From Eledone cirrhosa (lineage: Eukaryota): DNA of 64,000 bases. A program made the position numbers and the translations under genes. The notes beneath the pieces were generated by a model. The model did no database searches, was not told the origin of the DNA, and saw only the letters and a program-made list of their open reading frames with translations. Every line of letters starts with the position of its first letter. Position 1 is the first letter of the stretch. Below are positions 38,260-52,484 of this stretch, piece after piece. The stretch covers positions 76,136,001-76,200,000 of the forward strand of contig OZ024742.1 of the NCBI GenBank assembly GCA_964016885.1, read 5' to 3'.

Positions 38260-41200
38260 TTACAGACATATACTCAGAGTAGGCCCATTCACACGAGCCA
38301 TACTTGCTTCTCTCACCCATCTTTCAACAAAATGCTGGGAAGAGAGCACTTCCCTCTCTACCCTGATTTTCCTTTTCAAATGAAATTTGAAAAAGTTAAT
38401 CAGGGCATCACCGAAGAGGTAGGTGCTCGTCTTCAGCCCTTTCAAACGTGTCCACCATACTATCTCTTTCGCCATGGCCACCAGAGAGATAAAAACTGCC
38501 TGCCCTTTCTGGCTAAAGGAAGAGGGCGGGGCAATCCTCACGATGGACTCAGCTGATAGCTGGCTCCGTCCTACACGTGAAAGGTGTTCGACATAAACCC
38601 ACAAGTCAGCAATGCTGGGACACTGGACGATTGCGAGCAGGAAGGTTTCGTAGCCTTGCGCCCATCTCGGACATGCCAGGCTAACGGCACCTCCATGCCT
38701 GTAGAGTTTATCCCGAACTGGCAAAGCTCATCGGTAGCACTGCCAGGCCAGGGATTTCTGGAAGTTGTCCATAGGCCGCGGCCTGAAAGTCCTTCCGAAG
38801 AGATTGGCTTGTTGATTTTCGTCGACGCCTAGACTTTCTCCAAGTACGTCGTCGCTCTTCCCCTCCACTAATCATCTATAGAACGCCAAGGTGGAGTTTC
38901 CACCGATCACATTGCCCGATGGTCGAGGGCTGTGAGCGCCTGAAGACATTCCAGTCTCCAAGTGTACCCTCTCGGTCTTCGCTTGACCCAGGACTGCAGC
39001 TCCGTCAAGGAGACGAGCTGGGGAAAGACATGTCTAGCAAACGGCGACCACACCTGATCACCGTCGAGGAAGAGGTGGAGATGTCGTAGCCTTAGCACGT
39101 GTCTGCGCATCATCATCCACGGCATGCCCAGCGCTCCAGGTAGCGGGTGTTGACAGCAGATGGACCCCCTGACCATCGGAGCGCGTCCCTTCCACAAAAA
39201 GCGAAAGAGAAAATCTCCAGCGCAGTCAGTCGGGGCTTAGGACAAGGTACGATGGTCAGGCGGTAGTAGATGACGGATGCGATGTACGCGTTAGCCACCT
39301 CCGCTCGACCTTTCAGGGATAGCTTCCTCTCCGCCCATTTCTGGGTGAGAGAAGCCACCCTGCTCGTCACCTCGTCCCAGTTTTTGTCCGTCTGGAGGTC
39401 CGGACCGAACCAGACCCCTAGCAATATAACCGGTCCGTCCGTCCAGCGCCCGACGACACTGTTGGACGGCATGGACCTGCCTCTCCAGGTGCCGAGCTGC
39501 AGGCACACTGACTTTTTCTGGTTGATCATTGCTCCTGTCAACGCTTCGTATTCTCTTAATGTAGTGCCGATCGACTCTATGTGTTTGGCGTTCGACACCA
39601 CTACGGTGACATCGTCCGCATATGCTGACACGGATCTTCCGCATCCTAGTTCGGGCGGGATCCCCCCCCCCCCCCCCCAACGTCTCCAGTTTGTGCAGTA
39701 ATGGCTCGAGAGTCAATACGTACAAGAGTGACGAGAGGGGACATCTTGGCGGACAGAGCGCATGATGTTGAACTGTTCCGAAAGGTGACTGTTCACTCTC
39801 ACCACAGAGCAGCTGTCGCTGTGCATGGCAGAGATCCAGCCTCTGGAGACGGGCCCAAATCCAGCCGCCCTCAGGACTGCCTCTAGGTAACGATGGTCGA
39901 ACCAATCGAAAGCTTTCGACTGATCTAAATTCATCAAGGACCCACCCGTGCCAGGTTCCCTACCTACCCTCTCTACGATGTATCGCATGAGTGGAGGTTG
40001 TCGTGGATGGATCTGCGCCTCTCCCACCAGACCACCAACGACCAGCGCCAACCTCTTTGCTAGCACCTTGGTTAAAATCTTGAACTCTGTGTTTAGCAGA
40101 GTTATGGGCCTGAAATTATCTATGTTATCCCCCTTGTTCGGATCCTTTCTCAGCAGCGCCACCACTCCTCGGCTCACAGAGCTGGGAATTCTCCCGTTCT
40201 TTTACCAGTTGCAGTAGATGTCCGCCAAGAGGCCTCCGAACAAGTCCGGCATCTGTACGTAAAGTTCATAGGGTAGACCATCCAAACCGGGCAATTTACC
40301 CCTTGTGCAGCCAGTCATTGCCTCCCGTACTTCAGCGGCTGTTATTGGCTTTTCGCAACACTCCGACTCAGTGGCCGAGAGCCGCGGCCGTCCGTCGACG
40401 TAGACACTAAAGTCCATCCCTCAATCCGGTCGGCCGCTGGCCCCGAACAGCTGTGCGAAGTGTCGCTGAAAAGCTTCTCACATTTGCCCGGGATCGAGTA
40501 GCATGCGCCCGTCGTGGTCCACCAAAGACGGGATCGAGGCTTTGTTGCCACGACGCACCTCCGCCACTCGGGCCCATTGAACGGCTTCCGTCCCCTCGTG
40601 TCTGAGAGCACGCACCCTTGCTCTGACAACGCAGACTTCGTGCTTTGCATTAAAGAATTGGTCAAGGGACAATTTCGCCGCAAGTACGTCGGTCGCAATG
40701 GCTTTGCTAAGCGCTTCGTCTAATTTTCTAACTAATACTCCCTCTGCTCTATTTTTCTCTATTGCTAACGCCTTACTAAACCTAATGGACTCTATTCTAG
40801 TTTCTCTTTTCAGAGCAAACCACCACTTTTTGTTGACGATGGCCCCCGCTGGCAAGGACGTGTTTAGCTTCCAGTAGCCGGGTCCTCGTCTAAGAAGCCT
40901 ATGTAAATCAAGCACACAGATCACGAATTTGTGGTCCTTGTAGCTAACTATCTTGAATTGTGTACAGCCTATGCTATACCTATCTATTTCCCTACAAAAT
41001 ACTCTATCTAGATATGATCTGGATGACCCTATGCGATTTGTCCAAGTCCACATTGGCACATTCGGGAAATCCAATCGGTACCTGTCAGACAGTTCAAAAC
41101 GCCTGAGCAGGTTGGTGAGACTCTTGCACCCTCCTCCCATATCCGCTAATTCCACACAGTCCCAGCGTGCATCTAAGATCCCGTCCCAGTCGGCCACTAA

Positions 41201-41613
41201 CACTAAAGAGCGGGACGTTCCAAGAAAGGTCTCCAGACGCCGGAAGAAATCAGGCCGCCCTGCTGCTGTCGGGGCATAGACGGCCACAAGCCTGAAAGCT
41301 TGCCCGTCTCCGCTGCTTACCTCCAGTACCACCAACTTACATTCTGGGTCCAGGAAGATGGCGCGTATGGCGAGATCCAAACCTCTCCGAAAAAGCACAG
41401 CAACTACCCTCTTCCCGATCCCGGACGGCTGGGAGATGCGTACACATCGTAGCCGCCGAAGATCGGTGCGAATGCCCGTGCTTCGGTGATTCTGGTCTCG
41501 CTGATGGCCACTACATCTATGTTTAGTGACCTGAGATCGTTGAGCAGGTGGCCCTGCTTCCATGACGACCCCAAGCCACGCGCTTTTATGCTGCCTATTC
41601 TGAGTGAGGTCAT
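38260..41613 (-). pseudogene. Tx1 ORF2: APE endonuclease + reverse transcriptase + C-terminal Zn finger, frameshifted
   Basis: MTSLRIGSIKARGL..VAISET, LVAVYAP, SYLDRVF, GPGYWKLN, PGLDGLPYELY, NFRPITLLN, LDQSKAFD and SAYADD. Confidence 0.92.
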
Positions 41614-41649
41614 GTTGAAATGGAGTAGTAAAGATGGGAAAGACCACTT

Positions 41650-43568
41650 ACCTTACTTCTCGTAGAGGAAGGACGGTTTCTCCATCCTTTTCACTGCTTG
41701 TGGCCTCCTCAGGAAGGATGTCCTTAGAAATCCTCCTCAGAGCGCTTGTCGGACGTCTCCGATGTCTTTGGGGAATTTTTGTTTTAGTGTCATGTACGTT
41801 TTCCGTGTGATGCGAGTGATTTGTATGTGTGGAGGTTGTGTAAACTTTTGGGTTTTTGTGTAGTCTTTTTCTGTGATGCCGGTGTTATGTTGGATGTAGT
41901 GTAATAATTGGTTGTTGTTCAAATTTAATGCTGTGTAGTGTGTATCGTTTTGGTTGTTTTGTTTTTTTGCGTTTGTTAGGGATTGTTTCTGCTTCGCATT
42001 TTGGTGACGTTTGTGGTGTAGGTGATGGTCGTGTTGGGGTTAATGATGGTGATGGTCTTGGTGTTTGGGGTGATGGGGTTGGTGATGCTGGTGTGGATGG
42101 TGGCATGTCTGTCCTAACTCTTTTGTTTGATAGTTTATTTGTTTCCCTCTGTATTTTGTTTTTGGAGGGGGAAGGAAGAGAATTTTTTTTTATTTTGGTT
42201 TCTTTTTTTCTTTTTTCCTGATACCGTTTCCCACTCCTCGTCGTCTCAATCTGTCTCCAGTTGTGATAGGCCGGAGAGTGGAAAATTCTCCACAGGCGTT
42301 AGTTTTGGTTGTGGCGTGGTTCATGGTATAGGCGTGGTGCAATTCTGGCGCGTTGGGTGATAGTGTTGTTTGTTTTGCTACTGTTGCTGGGATTGTTGCT
42401 GTTACAGTTGCTACTGTTGTTGCTGCTACAGTTGTTGTTGACATCTCTGCAGCTGGTGGTGTTGATGGTTGAGTCACTGGGGTGGGTAGCAGATGTGGCC
42501 TCATCCTTTTAGCCTGAGGGCAGAAAGCCCTTAGGTGGGTTCCTTCACCACAAACGACACACCTAGGCCTTCTGATCTCGACAATTACGGTGAGGTGGCT
42601 GCCGTCAGTGAGGTCTATTACCTCTGGGATCTCCTCAATGCTTTTTTGGTCCGCTTGGATCAGGAGCTCCATCCCAGATCCGGACCAGTTCTCCTGCTTT
42701 TCTTTCGCTATTTTTATTATCTTGGTGTTGGTTTCGATGCCGGCGAGGACGGCAGCTATTAGCCAGGGAGTTTCTGTGGCCGGTGGAACGTGGGTGACCC
42801 TGATCTTTACGAGTCTCTGTCCACAATAGCTTGGGACGAGTGTGAAGTCGTCACTTCTTAATGGGGCCATGGTGTGTTCTCTAGCATCCTGTGGTGATTC
42901 AAAGAACACCTCCACGGTTCCATACTTCTGCCCACGTCTGATGTGGATTTTTTTTGCCCACACATGTCCCAAAGCTTTTTGGATTTGGGACTCGGATGCC
43001 CGTTCCACTCGGCGCGATTTTATATTAATTGTTCAATAAGACACGGTGCATAGGCGCCGATGCTCCATTTTATTAGGTGGGGGTGTGAGGCTGACCCTGT
43101 ACCCATCTTTTTTACCATTTGTTTGGTTTCTTCTAATTCCTCCTGAGTTACCTGAAATGCTTCGCACTGTTTTGCTACTCTGGCAAAACTCAGGGTAGTT
43201 TACTTAATGTCATTGTTGCTGTTGTTGTTATCGTTATTTTTGTTATTATTAATTTTAGTTTCAGTTGTGGTGGTGGTGGTGTCAGTGGTGTTCGGTGTGG
43301 AAGAGTTCATTTTGGTTGAATTCATTTCGATATCACGAGTCAATTTATTTTTTCTTTTGTTTCTATTGTCGCGGTGGTGGTGGGGGTGGCGGCTTTAACA
43401 CCTGCAGTCATTGGTAATGGCGGGAAATGAATGTCTTCCTGAGACTAATTTAAAATATTGCTACTGCTTATATTTTTTTTAGTGTTGGCAAACGTAGTAA
43501 CATTTACAATGGTGGTGTCGGTGTGAGGTGTTAGTTTGTGAGAAAGTAGTGACTCTGAGTCAGCCATA
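41650..43568 (-). pseudogene. Tx1 ORF1 (gag-like, CCHC knuckle), disrupted
   Basis: ORF 42190-43008 contains CVVCGEGTHLRAFC, followed by Thr/Pro-rich low-complexity sequence. Confidence 0.75.
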
Positions 43569-43782
43569 ATTTTTCAAATAAAAATGTTTGTTTGATAATG
43601 ATAACAGTTTAAATATTGGGCTCAAGGCCCCAATCTTTTTGGGTGTCCTTTTCAGATAACAATGTATGTGCACTTATATAAAGTTAACAATAAAAAATGT
43701 CCATCTATGGCAACTTTAAATAACTGAAAATAAAAAACCTACTACGTAGGTAGCCAATAATAATAATAATAATAATAATAAT

Positions 43783-46700
43783 ATTTCTCATTACAAATGA
43801 CGTATAAGATTACAATTTTGACGCTCAGCAAGCCATAACGCATCTCTTGAAGGCATAGGGCCCCAATATTTAATATTTAATTTTGGATCAGACATGTTAT
43901 AGTCGAAAAAGACGAAAATGGAAAAATGGCTAAATAGATAAATGGCTAAGTGGACATACAGGCACCACCATCACCACTACCACGCCAGAACCTCTAGTCA
44001 AGCTACATCAACTTCTATTTCTACTTCAACTTCAACACCATCACCACAGTACTAAGATCACATCACCACCACCACTGCCTCATTATCACTACCGCCGCTA
44101 TTATCTCCCACTACATCCTGCTAAGATATGCATCGTATGCATGTCCCCACTAAAAGAGGAAGACATCAAAAGATATAAATAGACTGGTTTGTTGACACGG
44201 TCAAAAAAGCAAAAAACCAAAAATCGAAATCAAAATCAAAACAGCAGAGAAACAACGAAAAACGTAAAGAAAAGAAAAACGAAACAGACAGACAGAGAAG
44301 GAAAACAAAAAAAACTAAGTCAGACATTCAAACATTACAATGAAACTTATGCTTATTCTTTTTTTTTTTAATCTATTTGTTTGTTTGTTTATTTATGTTC
44401 GTCTACAGCGTGATAGTGCCACACTAAAATCACCGGGGGTTATGAAATCACCGGTGGTTATGTAACCATACATTCACCAATCCTCGATAAGAGTGCTTCA
44501 ATGTCGAACCTAAACAGTTCGAATAACAGTGAAGTGGAGACTGGAATGTCATGTGACAGACTCTCACCCAGCAGGTGCTCCTTGGCTCAGCAGCAGGGAC
44601 CTGGCTGTCAACCAAATACTGCTGGTGTTGGAGGAGGAAGAAGAAAGAAAGGTACCAGAACCAACTGGACGAAAGAATTGAATACAATTGTTATTCAATG
44701 TTACCTGAAAAGTAACCCCAAGGAGAACGGCTATATTAAACGGATGCATAACATCTGGAACAAGATTGGTCTATTTAAATTAGATGAACAAAAATTGGCC
44801 GGAGCTGGAACTGGAGGAACTGAGCAGAGAGATTAGGTTGGAAATGGAGAGTGGAGTATGCCAGGCAAACGAGCCAGAGGGAAATGAAGGTGAAGAGGTT
44901 GAGAGAACGGAGGAGGCATCCGTTGCAGACAATGATCTGAATGCTGAAATAAATAATACCTGGAACAGAGATACGGCCATTGAGGAGATGAATGCTGACG
45001 GGCTAGGACAAGATTTGGTTGATATCCTAAACTTAGTGGTAGATGAATTGAACAATGATATTGGGAAACCTATGAACCTAAGGTTTGTAGACAGGAAAAA
45101 GTTAAAAGAAACAACAGCTAACATTAACAAAGTCATCCCATACCTTGAGGCGAGGAACCTTCACCAGTGCAACACTATCATCAAAGCAACAGCAAATGCG
45201 GTGAGGAAATTACTTGGCATAAAAGCGAGAGGAAACAACAAACAAGAAAGATCAGAACCTTGGTGGAAGAAACGACTAAATGGTCAAATCAGGGAAATGA
45301 AAAATGCCATTGGAAAGTTTGAGTCCCTACTGAATGGGACACTAAAAAACATAGACACTAAAAATAGATTGGAAATAAAGTACAAAACTAAGAGGAAAAA
45401 GCTAAACATTATCATAGAAGAACTGAAACAACGCATTGTAGCAAAGAGTACAAATATTAGGCGATACGAGAACAGAGTCAGTCAGTATAGTCAGAATCGC
45501 ATATTTGACAACAACCAGAAAATGCTGTTTGGACAGCTTAAAGGGAAAGAAAGAGGCAACGATTTGATCCCTGAGGCGGAACAAGCTAAGACATTCTGGA
45601 GAGGAATATGGGAGCAGGATATTAAACATAATGACCAGGCAGTGTGGATTGAGACAATACAGAAGGAGATTAGTGAACAGGCACACCAACAAACTGATTT
45701 GAGTATCACAGTTGAAACTCTTAAGGGGCAGGACAAAAAACTAACCAACTGGAAATCACCAGGCCCAGATGGTGTGCAGGGGTATTGGATTAAAAATATA
45801 ACATCGCTCCACCCGAAACTGACAACCATGTTCAATGACTGCTTGATGTCAGATGAGGTACCAGAGTGGTTGACAAAATGTACTACAGTTCTGGTAATGA
45901 AAGACCGAATCAAGGGTAATGATGTTACCAACTATAGAGCTATCACATGTCTGTCCGTAATGTGGAAACTGTTGACAAGCATTATGTCTGAGGAAATCTA
46001 CCATCATCTCCACACAAACAACTTGTTACCGGACGAAGAGAAAGGATGCCGAAAGAAGTCACGTGGTACAAAGGACCAGTTACTTATTGATAAGATGGTA
46101 ATGATGAATTGCAAGAGGAGACACACTGGTCTTGCCATGGGATGGATAGACTACAAAAAGGCATTTGACATGGTGCCTAGAGATCTTCAAGGTGGCAGAT
46201 AACATCAGACAGTTGTTGGGCAAAAGTATGAAGTCCTGGAAAACAGAGTTAACATCAGCTGGAGAATCCTTGGGAGGCGTGAAGATCAAGAGAGGTATCT
46301 TGCAGGGAGATAGTCTGTCCCCTCTGTTGTTTGTCCTTGCTCAGATGCCCCGGACCATTATACTGCGAAAAGTGAGAGCAGGATACAAGCTGGGAAAGGG
46401 AGAGCTTACCATCAATCACCTCCTCTTCATGGACGATCTTAAGCTCTTCGGGAAGAGTGAGACGGAGTTGGATGTGCTTCTTGACACTGTCCGTATTTTC
46501 AGCAATGATATATATATGCAATTTGGTATTAGTAAGTGTGGAGTTCTTTGATGAAGAGGGGTACATTGAGCAGAAGCAACGGAATCCAGGTACCAACAGG
46601 TGAGATGATAAAGTAAATTGACACTGAAGAAGGATACAAGTATTTGGGTGTTCTGGAGGCTGATGACATCAAGAACGAAAAGAATGAATATCTGAGTACA

Positions 46701-47936
46701 TTCGGAGAGTAAGGAGCGTATTAAAATCACATCTAAATAGTAGGAATGTCATAAGTGCAGTGAATTCCCGAGCTGTGTCTATTATTAGGTACAGTGCGGG
46801 AATACAGAAATGGAATGATGCTGAACAAAACGAAATGGATAGGAAGACTAGGAAGCTACAACATGTACCACAAGAGGAGTGATGTCGATAGACTCTACTT
46901 AAATAGCCCTGAAGGTGGAAAGAGGTCTTATAAGCATAGAGGACTGTGTTCAGATGGAGAAAAACAACCTGTACAAATACGTGACTGACAGTAAGGAGCC
47001 AGTGCTCAGAATTGTACTGAAGGAGAGGACAATAGACCAGGGGTTGTCCAATGAAGAAATAACAACAAGGAGGAAGAGCAACCTTCATGAAATATCCCTT
47101 CATTGTACCTTCTTTGGGAAAACTGTTTATAGAGATCCACGAACATGGAACTGGTTGAAAAGAGGAGACCTTAAAAAGGCTACAGAAGGAATGCTAATGG
47201 CTGCGCAAGAACAGATCCTCAGAACGAAATGAGTGAAACATCATATTTACAATGAGGAGGCTAGCCCACTGTGTAGGATCTGTGGAGGGAGAGAGTAGAC
47301 TGTGGCTCACATTGTATCCGAGTGTAAACACCTAGCCTAGACTCACTATAAAGGCTGGATACATGATCTGATGGACAGGGTGATCCACTGGCACCTATGC
47401 AAAGTAAACGATTTACCACATTCTGAGAAGTGGTATGAGCATAAGCCAGAGTCGGTGATAGAAAACGATCAGGTGAAGGTGCTGTGGGATTTTAGGATAC
47501 AGACGGACAAGAAACTGGAACACAATAGACCTGACCTGGTGGTTTTGGACAAAGAAAAAAGATTGTGCCTGATTGTGGATCTGACCTGCCCATTTGAAAC
47601 GAGAGTGCAAGAAAAGGAGAGGGAGAAAATTAACCGATACAAGAACTTAAAGTGTGAGGTAAAAAGGATTTGGGACTGCCATGAAGTCAGAGTCGTCCCG
47701 ATTGTCATAGGTGCACTAGGTACTATCTCAAAAAGCTCCCAGGGATGGTTAAAGAACATTAGTCCACCCCCGCTTTTTGGAACACTTCAAAAGCCATGCT
47801 TGCTGGGAACAGCAAGCACCCTCGGATACGTCCTGAATATCTGAGGCTGCAGGTAGCGGCTTGATATTCATTTCAACAAACTTTCCTGTTAAATAATATC
47901 AACGTCTGAGACTCAAAGAACAATAATAATAATAAT
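43783..47936 (+). mobile_element. Near full-length R4/Dong-type (RLE) non-LTR retrotransposon in an (AAT)n tract
   Basis: Bounded by (AAT)n at 43756-43782 and 47921-47936, with a single long disrupted ORF. Confidence 0.85.
44501..47844 (+). pseudogene. RT + CCHC + restriction-like endonuclease ORF with frameshifts and stops
   Basis: WTKELN..VIQCY..S.P...GY.KRM..IW, NWKSPGPDGVQGYWIK, WIDYKKAFD, GILQGDSLSPLLF, HLLFMDD and NRPDLVVLD...IVDLTCP. Confidence 0.92.
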
Positions 47937-48121
47937 GGTTTCTGGTTTGGCACAAGGCCAGCAATTACTCCAGTGCAATACTGGTGGTTTATTTTATCGA
48001 CCCCGTAATGATGAAGATCAAAGCTAACTCCGGCGGATTTTGAACTCAGTAATAACGTGCCATAACTCTATGTTGCAACGCATGGTGACTGACGCTCTAC
48101 CGATAATGCAATCCACCGCCC
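47937..48121 (-). mobile_element. Diverged tRNA-derived SINE directly after the Dong (AAT)n tail
   Basis: Same core (TTTTATCGACCCCGTAA.GATGAA...GGATTTTGAACTCAG). Confidence 0.8.
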
Positions 48122-48949
48122 AAAATGATTATGATGATAATGATGATGATGAATATCGATTTGGGCGCCATACCTGCAATTTGATGGGGGATATTATTGT
48201 CAGGATAGAGCAATTTTGACGCTTAGTAGAAACATTGCTTGGAAAAATACTAGAAGTATTTTGTCTGACGTTCTAACGATTTAGCTCAACTAAGTAATAA
48301 ACATTAAAAGAAGAAAAAAAAAAGTATTTCAAATTCATATATGAATAAATAAATGTTATCGATCAAGTACTTTCATAAATATTCAATCTTTTCATGAATT
48401 ACCCCATAATATCGAAATATATATTTTTACTATGAAAAAAAGTTATAAGTAGCCAGGTAATTCTCTAAATGACATAAAATTCATAAGATAATGGGTGAAA
48501 TCAACCGTTAACTTGGTGAGGATATAACAAACGTTAACCACAAAATATGTTCTTGAAATATTCAAAATTTTGTGACTCAGAAATCTTAATTTTCTAAACA
48601 CACCGCTGCCATTTGTATTCTATGAATTAAGGAGTTGCGTTCTTTCTCCTCAAATCCAACTTCAGTGATGATTTGGTCCAGGTGGATTAGTATAAGATTG
48701 AAAATGTCCAACGCTGACCAAATTACTCTCATGGAATGACGAAATGAGGTTTATTTTAAAACATAGTCCCTTGAAGAAAATGGAGTTATTGATAAAAAGA
48801 GTTGAAATTAACCCATACGAGATTTCACAGATCTAGCCCCAATCTTTCATAGTCATCCTATGAATTTTTCAACCGACCCTCTGATATCCAGTAGCTTCAA
48901 TAATTATAGGCATGAAGCTCAGCCTGTATCTCAAGGCCTGGATTATCAA

Positions 48950-49700
48950 AGTTTCAGAGTTATCCTCCTATTGTTTTTATCTCAATATATTTACAATAAA
49001 TGGGCCTGAAACAAAGCATTTATCTTAATGTGGTGTCACAAACAACAATACCAGGGCGTTTGCGTTTTAAATTGGTGAGAGTTTTTATTTTTATGTTAAC
49101 CAGGATTTCTTTGTGTTATCAGCCTCAACATATTTCTCTATATTTGTTTTCCATTTTGTTTTCTTTAATGCATTGCAGATAGATCCAGCTGCCACATCAT
49201 GCACTATGAGAAGACATTCTTGCAAGTTTGGAAGCAATATGATTAAAATGTTCGGTCTTTATTTTGTACAACCCAAATTTATTGTGAACTGATAATTTAC
49301 CTCTTTTGAGCAGCAGGCAGTTGGTGGGAATTTCGTATTCATGAATCCTATGGAGGTGTCTTTCAAGATGGGATTTTATAAATTTGTTGGAACTTCGTGT
49401 CAGGCTTTTAGTATAGTTTATACCCTGTATTGTCTGTCGGTTTCTTCTCATGTGCCCATGTACAACATTTTGATTTGATTAGCTAATTTCCTTTTTTATT
49501 CGACCATTAATAGAGTCTTCCAATATTCCTAGACAATAGATTTGTGTCAGTATTTATTTCATGTCTCTCCTCTAGTTCCGCGGCTATTCTAACAATGCTG
49601 TCAGTTTCATGCTCACAAATCTGAGCGTAATGACTGTTGAACTGGATTCCGCTGAAGATGCATGTATGATATCTGTCTATCTGTATGTATTCATGTAAGA
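48950..49700 (-). mobile_element. Highly degraded RLE-type LINE remnant
   Basis: Minus-strand fragments KTEH.NHI.S...RMSS, then HDVAA..ICNAL, resemble the CCHC/RHD region of RLE elements. Confidence 0.45.
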
Positions 49701-49721
49701 GTATAGGTATGGATGTATAGT

Positions 49722-49833
49722 CTTGAATCCCGCCGAGGTTAACTTTGCCTTTCATCCATACGGCATCGATAAAATAAAGTATCAGTAATGCACTGTGTAA
49801 TTGCTGGCCTTTTGCCAAAAGTAGAAACAATTA
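49722..49833 (+). mobile_element. 5'-truncated SINE
   Basis: GAATCCCGCCGAGGTTAACTTTGCCTTTCATCC...AGTAGAAACAATTATT. Confidence 0.85.
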
Positions 49834-50289
49834 TTGGAGTGATATTTCAATGAATCACCATGACTCCCTATTTCCGTCTCGGTTGTCCGTTGCTCATGGT
49901 AGGTCCTTTAGATTATACCCAACATTTCACACAGATATTTGATGTAGGATCTGGGATTGTTTTGCTACATTGAAACGCATATCATTTTGAATCCATAACA
50001 ACATGTCGCCCCTACTTTCATATTTTGCTCTACAACAATGTGACACGGAATTAGATTCGTCTCCACGAGGGTGAGATGAATGATTGCATGTACATGAACA
50101 TAAAACTGCTTCTTTGTAGGGTGTCATTTCCAGCAGCTCAGAGCATTATTGTGTATGTTCCATCAAGTCTCATCTCGTGTGGTTTACTGAAATTCCACAT
50201 AGTTAGTTTGAAGAATGTTCGCTTTATTTGTTTTGGTAGCTTCGATTTCCAAATAAGAGTAAGCTTACCTGAGGCATCCTATATATATA

Positions 50290-50334
<45 letters not shown>

Positions 50335-50338
<4 letters not shown>

Positions 50339-50690
50339 AAGAGATTAACAGATGGTTAAACGAGTTCCATATATTTTATTATGCGCATTTCAAAAACAAC
50401 ATCATCCCGGGACAAAAATTGTGTTCTCATCAGATAAAATAAGGTAACATGATATGAGGCCTAAACACACTTGTGAACAAGAAAGTGTCCATACACTTTC
50501 TTGTTCACAAGTGTTTTTAGGCCCCATATCATGTTACTTCATTTTATCCGATGAGAACACAATTTTTGTCCCAGGATGATGTTGTTTTCGAAATGTGCAT
50601 AATAATATATATGGAACTTTTTTAACCATCTGTTAATCTCTTCTTTATATATACTCCAGTTCTACAATGTTGAGTGCTACTTATCTGATA
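50335..50690. mobile_element. Family I palindromic insertion in (TA)n
   Basis: Inverted arms 50335-50488 and 50493-50647, plus a tail of about 40 nt. Confidence 0.85.
50374..50439 (-). ncRNA. Type-I hammerhead, family I (mutated mirror copy 50542-50605, plus)
   Basis: Reverse complement reads TTTTAT CTGATGA GAACACAA...TTGTTTTT GAAA TGCGCA TA ATAAAA. Confidence 0.8.
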
Positions 50691-51458
50691 TATGCATTGT
50701 TTTATTGTTCTACAATATTACACACATCCTACATATAAATGTGTGTCTGTTTGCGTATCAGACACGGCTGTAAAACCGCTACCTGAAATATGGTCATACC
50801 ATTTTTAACTGATTCTGTTTGCGAAACCTTATAGAAATAAAAGATATAAAGTAACTGCTTCTATCATAAACAGCCGAAAGATCATATTATCTATGGACTC
50901 AGTTTGGTTGTCTGCAACTATAAATCAATTATGAAATATCTACTGGTTACTAGAACATAACACAGTACATGAATATATAGAAATTAATAGAATACTAATG
51001 AAAATCAACAAAGTACAAATCTTAAAACGAGAATAGAGGCCACAACATAAAACATCAGAGACACAGATGATGGACAAGAGTGAGACACAACAATAAAGTT
51101 CATTTCTAAAACTTAATTAAAAATGATATAGCAAGATATTGTGATATACATTGGCAAGCATAGCATTACATGGCAAATAGCTGTAAAAAATTGGCGAAGC
51201 AAAATGTGATAAAATATAAAACTTGCAATATACACATACAATGAAAACACATAAAACAAAACGTAGCTGGAGAATATGTGTAATGTGTGAAGCGACAAGC
51301 TATCACATAATATTTGGCTGTACAGTCTTTGCTGAAACAATATATATGAAAATAATTGACAGAATGTGGCGTTTCAATCACACGGAAATATTCAAATAAT
51401 ATACATACACACATACACAGAGACGTGCAAACATATACGCATATATACACACATGCAT

Positions 51459-51530
<72 letters not shown>

Positions 51531-51537
51531 TCATATC

Positions 51538-51617
<80 letters not shown>

Positions 51618-51785
51618 GAGATTACAATAATCAAAGTTCAGTTTAAATAATTTATTTGCTTACAATTGTTTCCTCCAAACCGGGGTTTGGTGTCTTCGGA
51701 GCAACTATTTAGTGATCTATAACATACTTTTATATATGTATATATACATCTAAGTGGACTGCCTATAACGATAACATTTTATCCC

Positions 51786-51831
<46 letters not shown>

Positions 51832-52484
51832 GGGATAACAGGTTATCGTTATAGGCAGTCCACTTAGATGTAGTCCAGAGTAATCTAAACAATTATATCT
51901 CACATTAGCACGCATGATCTCTAACAGATGAACTTAATTCTAAGTACATTATGTTATTACTCCTACACTCCTTGAAATATCACTTTCCTATTATTATTAT
52001 TATGAACATTTCAATGTATCCCTAATATTATCCATCACGTTCTCTATATCGACCATTCATATTTTACTATTTTATAACCTTTATTGTCTCTATTATTGTT
52101 GTTAGTGAAAATTAAACCCCCATGATTCGAGCTAACAATCCCTACATTTAGTATAGGCCACTTAAATAACGAATCTACAACTCCACTTAATACCACAAAA
52201 AAACTATCATTCTCACTAAATTAATACAACGAAAATGTTTCTCTGTCAAACAATAAGTAAATCTCCGGTTTTTTACCGGCATACCTACAGCAAAGCATAT
52301 ACCTCATAAATCCTGACTCCAAGTACATTTTAGTTTTTACTGTTATCTCTTCGCCACCGTAACATTATATCTAAGTTACCCTATATCAGTTTTCACATGT
52401 CAATATCATACATCTGTATCATATCAGTTCGTTTAACATGGTAGAATCATCATTATACTACATTTTTTACTTATATATTCTTAC

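Larger units (their letters stand above)
38012..43750 (-). mobile_element. Near full-length Tx1/L1-clade non-LTR retrotransposon, degraded
   Basis: ORF1 and ORF2 remnants in the expected order. 3' end rc CCTTTGTGGTTAATAAAGAAAAC-(ATT)n; bounded by (AAT)n at both ends. Confidence 0.9.

Noticed and set aside
48800-48850. Tc1/mariner SPDLAP-like motif
   Set aside because: Only a few codons resemble it, and no supporting transposase frame or TIRs are visible.
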